A stretch of 64,000 bases of DNA from Candidatus Latescibacterota bacterium (GTDB lineage Bacteria > Latescibacterota > UBA2968 > UBA8231), in the NCBI GenBank assembly GCA_965248265.1, contig CBDFJF010000001.1, forward strand, positions 224,001 to 288,000. The letters are read 5' to 3'. Made by a program: the position numbers and the translations under genes. The notes beneath the pieces are model-generated. The model saw only the letters and a program-made list of their open reading frames with translations. It searched no databases and was not told where the DNA came from. Below are positions 25,871 to 36,198 of the stretch, piece by piece; position 1 is the stretch's first letter, and each line of letters begins with the position of its first letter.

Positions 25871-27810
25871 GCGAGTTCCGCCAACAGCGTTCCGGCTGCC
25901 GCACGTATACGGGCTCGCGGCCGGTCACCGTACACCAGGTGATTCTCAACTACCTCCTCAAGTTCAGTGCGGGCGGGATCGCCGATGTGCCGCACCAGAT
26001 CGAGATAGGTCTCGTAGTTCTCCGATCGGTCCAGGCGCAGGAACAGACCCGCCAGAAGGCTGAGTTGCCGCGGTGAGCTGGGCGCGTGTTCCTTGAGCTC
26101 GACGAAGCTCACGAGGCGGTTACGGAAGCCGTGCGGATCGGAGGTCAGTGGTATGGCGCCGTCTGGAAGGTGCAACGCCAGGTTCTCAACCTGGGGCCTG
26201 ATGTCCTCCATGACCACCGCCGTCTGATCTCCCTTGAGGGTGCGATACTGGGCAAGGAACACCGTGTGGAACAGGGGGTGGGCATCAAGGTTGGCCAGAA
26301 TTCGGCTCAGGCAACCCGTTTCCAGATCCTCACCCCCCTCTTTCTCGTCGTCCCTTTTACGATCTCGCAGCAGATCCTCGCCGGTCTCGATCAACAGACG
26401 AGCGTCGTCGAGGAACTCGATCCGGCGCCTGAAATCCGGAACATCCTTGGCGCTGAGCCTGGTCTCGACGACGCGACTCAGCATCTTCTTCATCAGGTAG
26501 GCGTTCTCAGCCTGTGAGCGCGGCGACAGCCCCTTGAATTCCTCGAGCAGTTGGCGTCGTTTGAGCCCTATGAAATAATTGTATAACCGGTCGCAATCGC
26601 CGGCTACGCCACCCGGCTCTCGCGAATGTTTACCTGCCACGTACCTCGACAGAAGCTCCCCGAATCCAGTGCGGATATCGTAGCCGTCGTAACGGTTAGC
26701 CGTGACGTATTCGTAACCGTAGGTCACCTCTTCGGCCACGGTTTGGTAGAAGGTCCTTATACCGTCGGCCCCGAATTCGATGAGCCGTTCCATCAACTCC
26801 TCCGTCTTCACGGAGCGGCTGCGACGAAAGCGTGCCTCATCCCACAGATCGTGAATGCAGTCTTCGGGCTTCTGCGGTTCAAGTGGGACCGACAATTCCT
26901 CCGACGCTCGAAATGCAGCGCCGTGAACGATGTCCCGGTCTATGTGGAAGTAGGTTGGGTAGCGGTAGGCCGTGGCCAGCTCGTAGAGCTTGAGATTGCC
27001 CCATAGACGCTCGCGGCTCTCGTCAAAGAGCTCATCGGCTATGTCGAAGGGATCGCAATCGACGATGCTCCGATCCAGGCAGAACACGGCATCACTATAG
27101 TGGCGGAAGAAGATCTCGAATTCGCATTCCGGATCTTCTTCTTCCAGGCGCCGATGATTGTTGAGCTCCTCCAGGGTCGACCTGACGAAGCCATAACCAA
27201 GGGTGTAGAGGGTCCTCAGTCGCACCTGGCACCGACGGACGAATTCCAACAGCAGAAGGTAATCCAGCAGTGGCCATGTTTCCGTTACGATGACCTCCGT
27301 GAGCGCCCAGTAGTCGTAGCCGTTCTCCCACGCAGCCCGCAACACCTGGTGTGGCATGTAGACGGTGCGCCGTGTCCGACCGACGTGGAAGGCCTGGTGT
27401 TCGCGCGGACCGCGGAAGACCAGCAGCTCGGGACCTTTTACCAGAGTCACTGCCACGTCGCTTTCGAGCAAGGCCGTCACGAAGTAATCGGGCAACTGCC
27501 GGATGGCGCCGTAGAAAAATTTGACCATGTCGTGACCGGCGTGGAACCGCGACAGCCGCCGATCGGGCAATCTCACTCCGTCGCGGATCCGAGTCTGCTG
27601 GCCGAAAATGACGGTCATGTCCGCGGCGCGGATGGCGTCATTGACCTCCTGGTGCGTTATGTGGCCTTCCCGCATGCCGCAGTTGGGCCGCTCGTCACCG
27701 CGGCGATGCAGCTGCTCCTCCTGGGAGGTGGCATCGGGGACCTCCAGGCTGCGGTACAGGCGCCGGTCGCGCTCGCTGGAGGATGCGAACATCGGGGCAT
27801 TCAAGGGCAT
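25852..27810 (-). CDS. Hypothetical protein (652 aa)
   Basis: Long ORF with natural composition; no family recognised. Confidence 0.75.
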   Translation of the reverse strand: MPLNAPMFASSSERDRRLYRSLEVPDATSQEEQLHRRGDERPNCGMREGHITHQEVNDAIRAADMTVIFGQQTRIRDGVRLPDRRLSRFHAGHDMVKFFYGAIRQLPDYFVTALLESDVAVTLVKGPELLVFRGPREHQAFHVGRTRRTVYMPHQVLRAAWENGYDYWALTEVIVTETWPLLDYLLLLEFVRRCQVRLRTLYTLGYGFVRSTLEELNNHRRLEEEDPECEFEIFFRHYSDAVFCLDRSIVDCDPFDIADELFDESRERLWGNLKLYELATAYRYPTYFHIDRDIVHGAAFRASEELSVPLEPQKPEDCIHDLWDEARFRRSRSVKTEELMERLIEFGADGIRTFYQTVAEEVTYGYEYVTANRYDGYDIRTGFGELLSRYVAGKHSREPGGVAGDCDRLYNYFIGLKRRQLLEEFKGLSPRSQAENAYLMKKMLSRVVETRLSAKDVPDFRRRIEFLDDARLLIETGEDLLRDRKRDDEKEGGEDLETGCLSRILANLDAHPLFHTVFLAQYRTLKGDQTAVVMEDIRPQVENLALHLPDGAIPLTSDPHGFRNRLVSFVELKEHAPSSPRQLSLLAGLFLRLDRSENYETYLDLVRHIGDPARTELEEVVENHLVYGDRPRARIRAAAGTLLAELAQAQAG

Positions 27811-27972
27811 GCGGGAAAGGTAGCGCCGGCACCTGCGAGACCCAAATCCTTTGACGGATGGCTGGACGAAACCACCCCTTTATTTGATGTTAGAGATGGA
27901 TACTTTCCGCGGAGAGAACTGACCACGCGTCAATCGAGGATCCGACATCATCCATCCGGGTCATAGAACCAA

Positions 27973-28347
27973 TTGAATGAGGTCGCCTCGGAATACGGGC
28001 TCTTCGGCGCGCTGCTGCTGGCCGGTTTCATCTTCGGCGTAATCCCCTGCGTGGTTCCCCTGGTGCTGTCCCCACGCTCGCGGGGTAAAAAAACACGCGA
28101 CACCTACGAATGCGGCGTCGACACCATCGGCAGTGCCTGGATACGCTTCGACATCTCCTACTATCTATTTGCCCTCATCTTCGTCGTGTTTGAAGTGGAT
28201 GTCCTCTACATACTGCCCGTCGCCATGGTCTTCAACGACAGCCAGTACGTGTGGCGGGACCTGATTGAGCTCTCCCTGTTTGTAGGAATCCTGTTTCTCG
28301 CCATCCTGTACGCCTGGCGCAAGGGCGTCCTGCACTGGAGATACTGA
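27973..28347 (+). CDS. nuoA: NADH-quinone oxidoreductase subunit A
   Basis: [27 protein letters not shown]. Confidence 0.92.
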   Translation: MNEVASEYGLFGALLLAGFIFGVIPCVVPLVLSPRSRGKKTRDTYECGVDTIGSAWIRFDISYYLFALIFVVFEVDVLYILPVAMVFNDSQYVWRDLIELSLFVGILFLAILYAWRKGVLHWRY

Positions 28348-28349
28348 CG

Positions 28350-28868
28350 ATGCCGGAAATGGACGACAACACCGAGGAATTACTGGAGCAGGTAGGCCCT
28401 CTGGTCCACCTGAGCAAGCTCGAGACGCTGCTCAATCACGCACGCGCCAACTCGCTTTGGCCTTTGACCTTTGGCCTGGCCTGCTGCGCCATCGAAATGA
28501 TGGCTGTCGGTGCTTCGCGCTTCGACCTCGATCGCATCGGCGCCGGCGTCTTCCGCCCGAGCGCCCGTCAGGCGGACGTGATGATACTGGCCGGCACGAT
28601 ATCGCGGAAGATGGCCCCGGTCATCCAGACCCTGTGGGACCAGATGCCCTCGCCCAAGTGGGCCATCGCCATGGGCGGCTGCACAATCGACGGCGGACCA
28701 TTCAAGTACCCGGGCCAGTACGCCATTGTCGAGGGCGCCGACAAGATCATCCCCGTCGACGTCTACGTTCCCGGATGCCCCCCACGCCCCGAAGCATTGT
28801 TCGCGGGGGTGCTCAAATTGGAAGAGAAGATCAAAGCCGGACGCAAAGGCCCGGAGATGGTCAATTGA
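28350..28868 (+). CDS. nuoB: NADH-quinone oxidoreductase subunit B
   Basis: [32 protein letters not shown]. Confidence 0.95.
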   Translation: MPEMDDNTEELLEQVGPLVHLSKLETLLNHARANSLWPLTFGLACCAIEMMAVGASRFDLDRIGAGVFRPSARQADVMILAGTISRKMAPVIQTLWDQMPSPKWAIAMGGCTIDGGPFKYPGQYAIVEGADKIIPVDVYVPGCPPRPEALFAGVLKLEEKIKAGRKGPEMVN

Positions 28869-29365
28869 TCACGGATGTGCTGAGCGCTGTCCCGGGCATC
28901 TCCTCCAGTTCCGAGCAAGACTACGATACCAAAGGCTATCACTATCTCCACGAAGCCGCCCCGGGGGCCTTGCCCGCCGCTGCTGCCGTCTTTCTCGAGC
29001 AGGGGTTCCACCTCGAACACATGACCTGTCTCGACATGCGGGCAGACGACGACATCATGCGCCTGGTTTATCAGTTCAACCGCTATGGTACCCCGGAACG
29101 CCACGTCTTTCATGCCAACCTGCAACCTGGTGAGGCCGGCACCAGCATCAGCGACGTGTTCGCCGGGGCGAACTGGTACGAACGCGAGGTCTTCGACATG
29201 TTCGGCGTCGGCTTCGACGGACACCCGAATCTGGAGCGCATCCTGATGGGAGTCGACTACATCGGCCACCCGCTGCTCAAGGATTTCGTCGACGCCGATC
29301 CCGAGAGAGACGTGTTCGCCGTGGACGTCGAGTCTGACGGCGAGGGCGAGGGTGAGGATGAGTAG
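28865..29365 (+). CDS. nuoC: NADH-quinone oxidoreductase subunit C
   Basis: [34 protein letters not shown]; TTG start overlapping nuoB stop. Confidence 0.9.
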   Translation: MITDVLSAVPGISSSSEQDYDTKGYHYLHEAAPGALPAAAAVFLEQGFHLEHMTCLDMRADDDIMRLVYQFNRYGTPERHVFHANLQPGEAGTSISDVFAGANWYEREVFDMFGVGFDGHPNLERILMGVDYIGHPLLKDFVDADPERDVFAVDVESDGEGEGEDE

Positions 29366-30506
29366 CATTCCCGGCCCCGCCATGGAGCTCGTCCGCGACG
29401 ACGAGGACCGCGAAACCTACTACCTCAACATGGGACCGCAGCACCCCTCCACCCACGGCGTGCTGCGTCTTCAACTGCATCTGGAGGGCGAGCGCATCCT
29501 CGCAGTCTCCCCCGTCATCGGTTACGGCCACCGGGCGCATGAGAAGATGGCCGAGAACCGGGACTTCCTGATGTTCCTGCCCAACACCAGTCGGGTGGAC
29601 TACTTGTCCGGCATGATCTACAACCTCGGGTACTGCCAGGCCATTGAGAAGATCATGGGGATCGAGGTTCCCGAGCGAGCCGAATACATCCGCATCATCG
29701 CCGGCGAGCTGAACCGAATTTCCAGTCATCTGCTGTGGCTGGGGACCTACCTGCTGGATCTGGGAGGCATCACCCCGTTCCTCTACTGCTTCGACGACCG
29801 CGAGCGCATCCTCGACATCCTCGACTCGGTCACGGGGTCTAGGTTGACCTACTGCTACGGACGCTTCGGCGGCGTCACCATGGATGTCGACGATGCCTTC
29901 CTCGAGTCCACGTCATCGTTCTGCTCCTTCTTCCACGATCGTCTCGACGAGTACAAGGATCTGGTGACGGATAATGTCATCTTCCGCAATCGCACCGAGG
30001 ACGTGGGGCCGTTTTCCGCCGATCTCATTCAGCGCTTCGGCCTTTCCGGCCCCTGCCTGCGCGCCTCCGGCATGGACCGCGATGTGCGCAAAGATGAGCC
30101 CTACGGCATTTACGATCGCCTGGATTTCGAGGTGCCGGTTGGGGTAACGGACAACGGGGACTGCTTTGACCGCTACACCGTGCGCATGGCGGAGATGGTG
30201 CAGAGTCTGCGGCTGATTGAACAGGCCCTGCGCGACATTCCCGAAGGACCGGTAATGGCGGCGAAGGTTCCCAAGAAGATCAAACCTCCGGCGGGTGATT
30301 ATTACTTCGCCGTTGAATCGGCGCGTGGGCATTTCGGCATGTACATCTACAGCGACGGCACCGACACGCCGTTTCGCATCAAACTGCGGACGCCATCGTT
30401 CGCCCACGTGTCGACGATGACGGAAGCCCTGGTTGGCACCATGCTGGCGGACACCATCTCCATTCTCGGCAGCATCGACATCGTCATCCCTGAGATCGAC
30501 CGCTGA
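29358..30506 (+). CDS. nuoD: NADH-quinone oxidoreductase subunit D
   Basis: [24 protein letters not shown]-terminal EIDR; no NiFe-ligating CxxC. Confidence 0.95.
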   Translation: MSSIPGPAMELVRDDEDRETYYLNMGPQHPSTHGVLRLQLHLEGERILAVSPVIGYGHRAHEKMAENRDFLMFLPNTSRVDYLSGMIYNLGYCQAIEKIMGIEVPERAEYIRIIAGELNRISSHLLWLGTYLLDLGGITPFLYCFDDRERILDILDSVTGSRLTYCYGRFGGVTMDVDDAFLESTSSFCSFFHDRLDEYKDLVTDNVIFRNRTEDVGPFSADLIQRFGLSGPCLRASGMDRDVRKDEPYGIYDRLDFEVPVGVTDNGDCFDRYTVRMAEMVQSLRLIEQALRDIPEGPVMAAKVPKKIKPPAGDYYFAVESARGHFGMYIYSDGTDTPFRIKLRTPSFAHVSTMTEALVGTMLADTISILGSIDIVIPEIDR

Positions 30507-30512
30507 CGGGCT

Positions 30513-31490
30513 ATGAAAACTGATTTCATTCAGCTATTTGGCAACCCGTGGCTGGCGATCGCGGCGGCCGCAGCCATCGTCATGGGATATCTGACGGTGA
30601 ATTCGCTGATGTTGATCTGGCTCGAGCGCAAGTTCAGCGCCCGCATTCAGCGCCGCCTCGGACCAACGGAAGTGGGACCCTTCGGCTTGCTGCAGACAGC
30701 CGCCGACATGCTCAAGCTCATCAGCAAGGAACTGCTCACGCCCGCGCACGTGCACCGGCCGCTCTACCTGATCGCTCCCATACTCGTCTTCGCGCCGATT
30801 CTAGCACTGTGTACCCTCTTTCCGGTATCGCAGTCTTGGATCATCTACGACTACGACCTGGCACTGGTACTACTGTTGGCATTCAGCGGCCTGAACGTCA
30901 TCGGTATCTTCGCGGCGGGTTGGGGATCGAACAACAAGTACGCCCTGCTGGGCGCGGTGCGCGCCGTAGCTCAGAACATCTCTTACGAGATCCCGCTGAT
31001 ACTGGCGGTGTTGCCGATCGTTCTCATGACACGTTCGTTGAGCTTCTACGAGATCGCCTCCGCGCAGGCGGCCTTCCCATTCATCGTCGTGCAGCCCCTG
31101 GCCGCCCTCATCTACCTGATCTCGGCGACGGCCGAGACCAACCGCGCTCCCTTCGACATCCCGGAAGCCGAGTCGGAATTGGTGGCCGGTTTTCACACGG
31201 AGTATTCCGGCATGCGCTTTGGCTTGTTCTTTTTCGCCGAGTTCTCCAACATGGTCATCGTCTGCGCCGTCGCCACAGTACTGTTTCTCGGTGGTTGGAA
31301 CGGGCCAGTTCTTCCTGGATTCATATGGTTCTTCATCAAAGTCTACGCCCTCATCCTGGTGATGATGTGGGTCAGGTGGACGTTTCCGCGTCTTCGTTTC
31401 GATCAGTTGATGACCTTTGCCTGGACCGTTCTGGTACCGCTGGCACTGATCAACCTGCTCGTGACCACGGTCGCGATAAAACTGCTGTAG
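30513..31490 (+). CDS. nuoH: NADH-quinone oxidoreductase subunit H
   Basis: ERK..RIQRRLGP, AETNRAPFDIPEAESELVAGFHTEYSG. Confidence 0.95.
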   Translation: MKTDFIQLFGNPWLAIAAAAAIVMGYLTVNSLMLIWLERKFSARIQRRLGPTEVGPFGLLQTAADMLKLISKELLTPAHVHRPLYLIAPILVFAPILALCTLFPVSQSWIIYDYDLALVLLLAFSGLNVIGIFAAGWGSNNKYALLGAVRAVAQNISYEIPLILAVLPIVLMTRSLSFYEIASAQAAFPFIVVQPLAALIYLISATAETNRAPFDIPEAESELVAGFHTEYSGMRFGLFFFAEFSNMVIVCAVATVLFLGGWNGPVLPGFIWFFIKVYALILVMMWVRWTFPRLRFDQLMTFAWTVLVPLALINLLVTTVAIKLL

Positions 31491-31500
31491 GTAAAAGCCG

Positions 31501-32055
31501 ATGCTGACCAATGCGCTTAAAGGAGCCCGCTCACTGCTCACCGGCATGACGGTGACGCTCAAGCACTGCTTTCGACCGCCGGTGACGTCCAGGTATCCGC
31601 ACGAGAAGATCGAGATGTCGCCGGCCTATCGAAACGTCATCGTCCTCAAAGAGATTCCGGAAATCGGCTCGCATGATTGCATTGACTGCGGGATGTGCGT
31701 CCGGGTGTGCCCGTCGTATTGCATAAAGGTCGAGGGCGAACGGCCCGAAGGCATGAAACGCAAGCGCGCCACCCTGTTCGAGGTCGACTTCGCCCTGTGC
31801 AGCGAATGCGGTCTGTGCCTCGACGTCTGCCCGACCGACACCCTTGGCTACAGCCGTGAGTTCGACCAGGCCGGTTTTGGGCGCGGTGACTTTCTCTACG
31901 ACTTGCTGGTGCCCTGGCGCGACGGTGAGGAAGCCGTGCGCGACCGCTTGCGTGCGGCGGAAGCGGAAAAACAAGCAACCCGCGATGCTGCCAAGAAAGC
32001 CAAAGCTGCAGGCGAAGCGAGTCCGACTGACGCCCCGACCCAATCCGATGATTGA
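31501..32055 (+). CDS. nuoI: NADH-quinone oxidoreductase subunit I
   Basis: Two CxxCxxCxxxCP motifs; position in operon. Confidence 0.9.
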   Translation: MLTNALKGARSLLTGMTVTLKHCFRPPVTSRYPHEKIEMSPAYRNVIVLKEIPEIGSHDCIDCGMCVRVCPSYCIKVEGERPEGMKRKRATLFEVDFALCSECGLCLDVCPTDTLGYSREFDQAGFGRGDFLYDLLVPWRDGEEAVRDRLRAAEAEKQATRDAAKKAKAAGEASPTDAPTQSDD

Positions 32056-32554
32056 GCAACTGGCCCTCTACCTGTTCGTTGTACTGGCGTTGGCCGGTGG
32101 AGTCATGGCTGCGGGCATGCGGCACATCCTCCACGCCATCATCGGCCTCGGGATCAGCCTGCTGGGGATAGCCGGCCTGTTTCTCCATCTGGGCAGTCCG
32201 TTCGTCGCAGCCATGCAGATTCTCATCTACATCGGCGGCATCGTCGTCGCCATCGTCTTTGCCATGATGTTGTCGCTCTCCATGACGGTGCAGCCGCCCC
32301 GGGCCAATCGCATCAAAGCCTGGTTTGCCGCGATTTCCTCAGCCCTGTTCCTGGTGAGCGTAGCACTCCTGCTATCCAGGGCTGAGTTCCAGACGATCCA
32401 AACACCGCCGCCGGCCGACAGCTGGGCCGTCGCCCATATCGGTCACGCCCTGCTCAACCGCTACAATCTGGTGTTCGAAGCCCTGTCCGTTGTGCTGCTG
32501 CTGGCCATCATCGGCGCCATCCTGATCGCCAGGCAGGAGAAGCCGGCGTCATGA
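32048..32554 (+). CDS. nuoJ: NADH-quinone oxidoreductase subunit J
   Basis: FVAAMQILIYIGG, FEALSVVLLLAIIGAI. Confidence 0.9.
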   Translation: MIEQLALYLFVVLALAGGVMAAGMRHILHAIIGLGISLLGIAGLFLHLGSPFVAAMQILIYIGGIVVAIVFAMMLSLSMTVQPPRANRIKAWFAAISSALFLVSVALLLSRAEFQTIQTPPPADSWAVAHIGHALLNRYNLVFEALSVVLLLAIIGAILIARQEKPAS

Positions 32555-32856
32555 CCCTGCAGACCTACCTGCTGCTAGGCCTGATCCTGTTCTCCCTGGG
32601 GCTTTACTGCGTACTGTCCCGGCGCAATCTCATCGGCGTTCTGATCGGCATCGAACTCATGATGAACGCGGCCAGCCTCAACTTCATGGCCTTCAACCGA
32701 TTCAGCGTCAGCGATCCTTCCACTGGACAAGTCATCGTCCTCATCGTCATCGGCCTGGCAGCGGCGGAAGTGGCCATCTTCCTGTCGATCATCCTCAACG
32801 TCTATCGCATGCGGCGGGCCATCGACGTCGAGGAGCTCAAGGAGTTACAGGGATAG
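32551..32856 (+). CDS. nuoK: NADH-quinone oxidoreductase subunit K
   Basis: RRNL, IELMMNAA, AAAEVAI. Confidence 0.92.
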   Translation: MTLQTYLLLGLILFSLGLYCVLSRRNLIGVLIGIELMMNAASLNFMAFNRFSVSDPSTGQVIVLIVIGLAAAEVAIFLSIILNVYRMRRAIDVEELKELQG

Positions 32857-34712
32857 TGCCGGGCGCCCTCGACACACTGACGCTCCTGCTGGGCACGATC
32901 TTCGCGCCGTTGGCCGGTTTCCTGGTGGCGATCCTTTTCCTGATGCGCTCGGCTCGAGCGGCGCAGGTCATCGTGTTGGCTAGCACCGCTGTTTCGGTTG
33001 CCGGCTCCACCACACTGCTGATGCGTGGACCCGCTGAGCCATTGCGATTCCTCTGGTTCGCCAGCGGTGATATCCAGCTGCGGTTTGGATTCCTGCTCGA
33101 TGGCGTCAGCCTCATGTTCGGGGTCGTCGTAGCCGTCATTACCCTGTGCGTCATGGTCTACTCGCTCGGCTACATGGGTCATGACCCGGCAAAGACACGC
33201 TACTTCGCTCTGCTGGGTTTCTTCGCCTGGTCTATGCTCAGCTTCGTCTACGCCGTCGACCTACTGCAAGCCTTCATCTTCTGGGAACTGATTGGTCTGT
33301 CTTCCTTCTTCCTGATCGGTTTCTGGTATGAAAAGCCGAGCGCCGCCAACGCCGCCAGGAAGGCCTTCCTGATGACGCGGGTCGGTGATGTCGGCCTGTT
33401 CATCGGAATTCTGCTGATTCTCCAACTGGTCGGCGACTTCGACATACCGGCATTGCTGGACGCCGACTCCGGGCTGGTCACTTCTGTCTCGCCGGCGGCA
33501 CTGACGGCAATCGTCCTGCTCATCTTCGTCGGCATTGTCGGCAAGAGCGCCCAGTTCCCCCTACACACCTGGCTGCCCGACGCCATGGAAGGCCCCACGC
33601 CGGTCAGCGCTCTCCTGCATTCGGCGACGATGGTGGCGGCCGGTGTTTTCCTGATGGCCCGCTTGCACCCCCTGTTCATGGCCGACGAGACCGCGCGCAC
33701 GGTTGTCCTCTGCATCTCCGCGTTAACCGCCTTGCTGGCGGCGACGATGGCGATGGTCGACCGCGACATCAAGAAGGTGCTGGCCTATTCCTCCATTAGT
33801 CAGTTGGGCTTCATGCTGATGGCCCTGGCGGCCGGCAGTCTGTTTGCCGGCGTCTTTCACTTGATCACGCACGCCTTCTTCAAGGCGCTGCTGTTCCTGT
33901 GCTCCGGACTCTACATCCACCACCTGGCCACCAACGACATGGAAGAGATCGGTCGTCTGGGTGGCAGGCGCATGCGCTTTGCTACCATCGGACTCGTAAT
34001 CGGCGGCGGTGCCCTTGCGGGTATCCCTCCTCTGAGCGGCTTCTTCAGCAAGGAAGAGATTTTCGCTCAACTGGGCCACGATGGGTTCACTCTGTTTACG
34101 GGGGCCGCTTTCACGGCTGCTTTTCTCACGGCCTACTACACCTTTCGCATGGTCTTCCTGGTTGGTCGACCTGCCGCCGACGATGTGCGCGAAGCCGCTC
34201 CGGAACACTCCGGACCCGCAGAGCCCTTTAACATGGTGGCCCCGGTGGTGTTGCTGACGGTCGCCGCCGCCCTCATCGGCTTTGCCGGAACCGACATCGC
34301 CGCCGGCCTCGGCCTGAAACCGGCCGTGCACAGCCTGGCATCAGCCCTGCCTGCCGTGATCGTCGTTTTGTTCGGTGTCGCCGTCGCCTGGTTGGATTTC
34401 GGTCGCCGGAACGCACAACGCATTGGCTTCATCAACGCCGTACCGCCACTGCAAACCCTCTTCGTCAATCAGTGGTACATCGACGCCTTCTATCGAGCCA
34501 TCATCGTCCGCATCACGGTGACGACCGCCGCGGTGTTCCATTGGATGGAAGTCAAGATTCTCGATGGTGGCTTCGATCACATGGCGGATAGCATTCTCGC
34601 CTGGGGCAAGCGCTCCACCCGCGTTCAAAACGGCTGGGTCCAATTCTACGGGGGGTGCGCCATCGTCATGTTCGGTGTCCTGGCCCTGTACCTCGGCGCG
34701 CACGGAGGGTGA
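32856..34712 (+). CDS. nuoL: NADH-quinone oxidoreductase subunit L
   Basis: GKSAQFPLHTWLPDAMEGPTPVSALLHSATMVAAG, THAFFKALLF. Confidence 0.95.
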   Translation: MPGALDTLTLLLGTIFAPLAGFLVAILFLMRSARAAQVIVLASTAVSVAGSTTLLMRGPAEPLRFLWFASGDIQLRFGFLLDGVSLMFGVVVAVITLCVMVYSLGYMGHDPAKTRYFALLGFFAWSMLSFVYAVDLLQAFIFWELIGLSSFFLIGFWYEKPSAANAARKAFLMTRVGDVGLFIGILLILQLVGDFDIPALLDADSGLVTSVSPAALTAIVLLIFVGIVGKSAQFPLHTWLPDAMEGPTPVSALLHSATMVAAGVFLMARLHPLFMADETARTVVLCISALTALLAATMAMVDRDIKKVLAYSSISQLGFMLMALAAGSLFAGVFHLITHAFFKALLFLCSGLYIHHLATNDMEEIGRLGGRRMRFATIGLVIGGGALAGIPPLSGFFSKEEIFAQLGHDGFTLFTGAAFTAAFLTAYYTFRMVFLVGRPAADDVREAAPEHSGPAEPFNMVAPVVLLTVAAALIGFAGTDIAAGLGLKPAVHSLASALPAVIVVLFGVAVAWLDFGRRNAQRIGFINAVPPLQTLFVNQWYIDAFYRAIIVRITVTTAAVFHWMEVKILDGGFDHMADSILAWGKRSTRVQNGWVQFYGGCAIVMFGVLALYLGAHGG

Positions 34713-34719
34713 CCGACTG

Positions 34720-36195
34720 ATGCCGTTGCTCAGCGCCATCATCGCCTGCCCATTAGCCGCGCTGGTCATCGTCCTGTGCGCTCCCGCAAGTGCGGTCCGC
34801 CTGATCCGCTGGGTCAGTGCCTTGAGCGCGCTGACCGCAGGCGCTCTGAGTCTTCATCTGTGGCACAGCTACGACGCGGCCACCGCAGGCCAGCAGTTCG
34901 TCGAACGCATCCCCTGGGTAGCCAGCGCCGGTATCTCCTACCACCTCGGCGTCGACGGCTTCAGCACCATCCTGGTGATGCTGAACTCGATCGTCTTTTT
35001 CACCGGTGTGCTGACGATGTGGGACCTCGAGGAACGCGTGAAGGGCTTCTTCGCCTTCATGCTCCTCCTCGTCATCGGCGTCTACGGCGTTTTCCTGTCG
35101 CTTGATCTGTTCTTCTTCTTTTTCTTCTACGAGATCGCCGTCGTTCCGATGTACCCGCTGATCCTGATCTGGGGTAGCGGCAACAAGGAATACGCGGCCA
35201 TGAAGCTGACCCTGTTCCTGCTGGCCGGCAGCGCCCTGTTGTTTCCCGCCCTGCTGGCGATCTATCATACGGCCGGGCTCGGCACCTTCGACATGACCCT
35301 GCTGGCCGCGCATGCCTTCGATCCCGAGTTCCAGGTCTTCGTCTACCCCTTCGTCTTCGTCGGTTTTGGAGTTCTCGCCGGCATGTTTCCGGTGCACGGA
35401 TGGTCGCCGACCGGCCACGTCGCCGCCCCTTCAGCCGTCTCCATGCTCCATGCGGGTGTGTTGATGAAATTAGGCGCCTTCGGCATTCTGTCCGTCGGCA
35501 TCCGCATTCTGCCCGAAGGCGCCGTGTACTGGGCGCCCGTGTTCGCGGTCCTGGCCTCCATCGGCATCGTCTACGGCGCTTTCGTGGCCATACGACAAAC
35601 CGACTTCAAGTTCGTCATCGGCTTCTCATCGGTGTCGCACATGGGCATCGTCGTACTGGGACTCAACCTGGCCGTGTTGGGCCAGGCCGGAGCCGATGCC
35701 CTCAACGGCGCCGTTTTCCAGATGTTCGCTCATGGGATCATGACGGCCCTCTTCTTCAGTGTCGTCGGTTTCATTTATGATCGTTCACACTCCAAAACCA
35801 TCGCCGACTTCGGGGGACTGGGGTCGCAGATGCCGCGCGCCGTCTCCGTCTTCATCGTCGCCGGCCTGTGCGGTGCCGGCCTGCCCGGATTGGCCAGCTT
35901 CTGGGCCGAAATGCTGGTCTTTCTAGCCGCGCTCAAGACTTACCCGGTCATAGGTGTCTGCATCATCGCCGGGCTGGTACTCACGGCCGTCTACGTGCTG
36001 CGGGTGTTCATCCAGGCCTTCTTCGGACCGCCAAACCCGCGTTGGCAGAAACTCGAACGCATGGACCTGGATGGATGGGCCATGCTCCTCCCCCGAGCCC
36101 TGCTCATCGCCGTGCTCGTGTTCTTCGGGTTTGTGCCACGAGCGATCTTAGATGTTATCAACAGCACCACCCTCAATCTGCTCTCAACTTTCTGA
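34720..36195 (+). CDS. nuoM: NADH-quinone oxidoreductase subunit M
   Basis: YHLGVDG, FPVHGW..GHVAAP, SSVSHMG, QMFAHG. Confidence 0.92.
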   Translation: MPLLSAIIACPLAALVIVLCAPASAVRLIRWVSALSALTAGALSLHLWHSYDAATAGQQFVERIPWVASAGISYHLGVDGFSTILVMLNSIVFFTGVLTMWDLEERVKGFFAFMLLLVIGVYGVFLSLDLFFFFFFYEIAVVPMYPLILIWGSGNKEYAAMKLTLFLLAGSALLFPALLAIYHTAGLGTFDMTLLAAHAFDPEFQVFVYPFVFVGFGVLAGMFPVHGWSPTGHVAAPSAVSMLHAGVLMKLGAFGILSVGIRILPEGAVYWAPVFAVLASIGIVYGAFVAIRQTDFKFVIGFSSVSHMGIVVLGLNLAVLGQAGADALNGAVFQMFAHGIMTALFFSVVGFIYDRSHSKTIADFGGLGSQMPRAVSVFIVAGLCGAGLPGLASFWAEMLVFLAALKTYPVIGVCIIAGLVLTAVYVLRVFIQAFFGPPNPRWQKLERMDLDGWAMLLPRALLIAVLVFFGFVPRAILDVINSTTLNLLSTF

Positions 36196-36198
36196 TCC

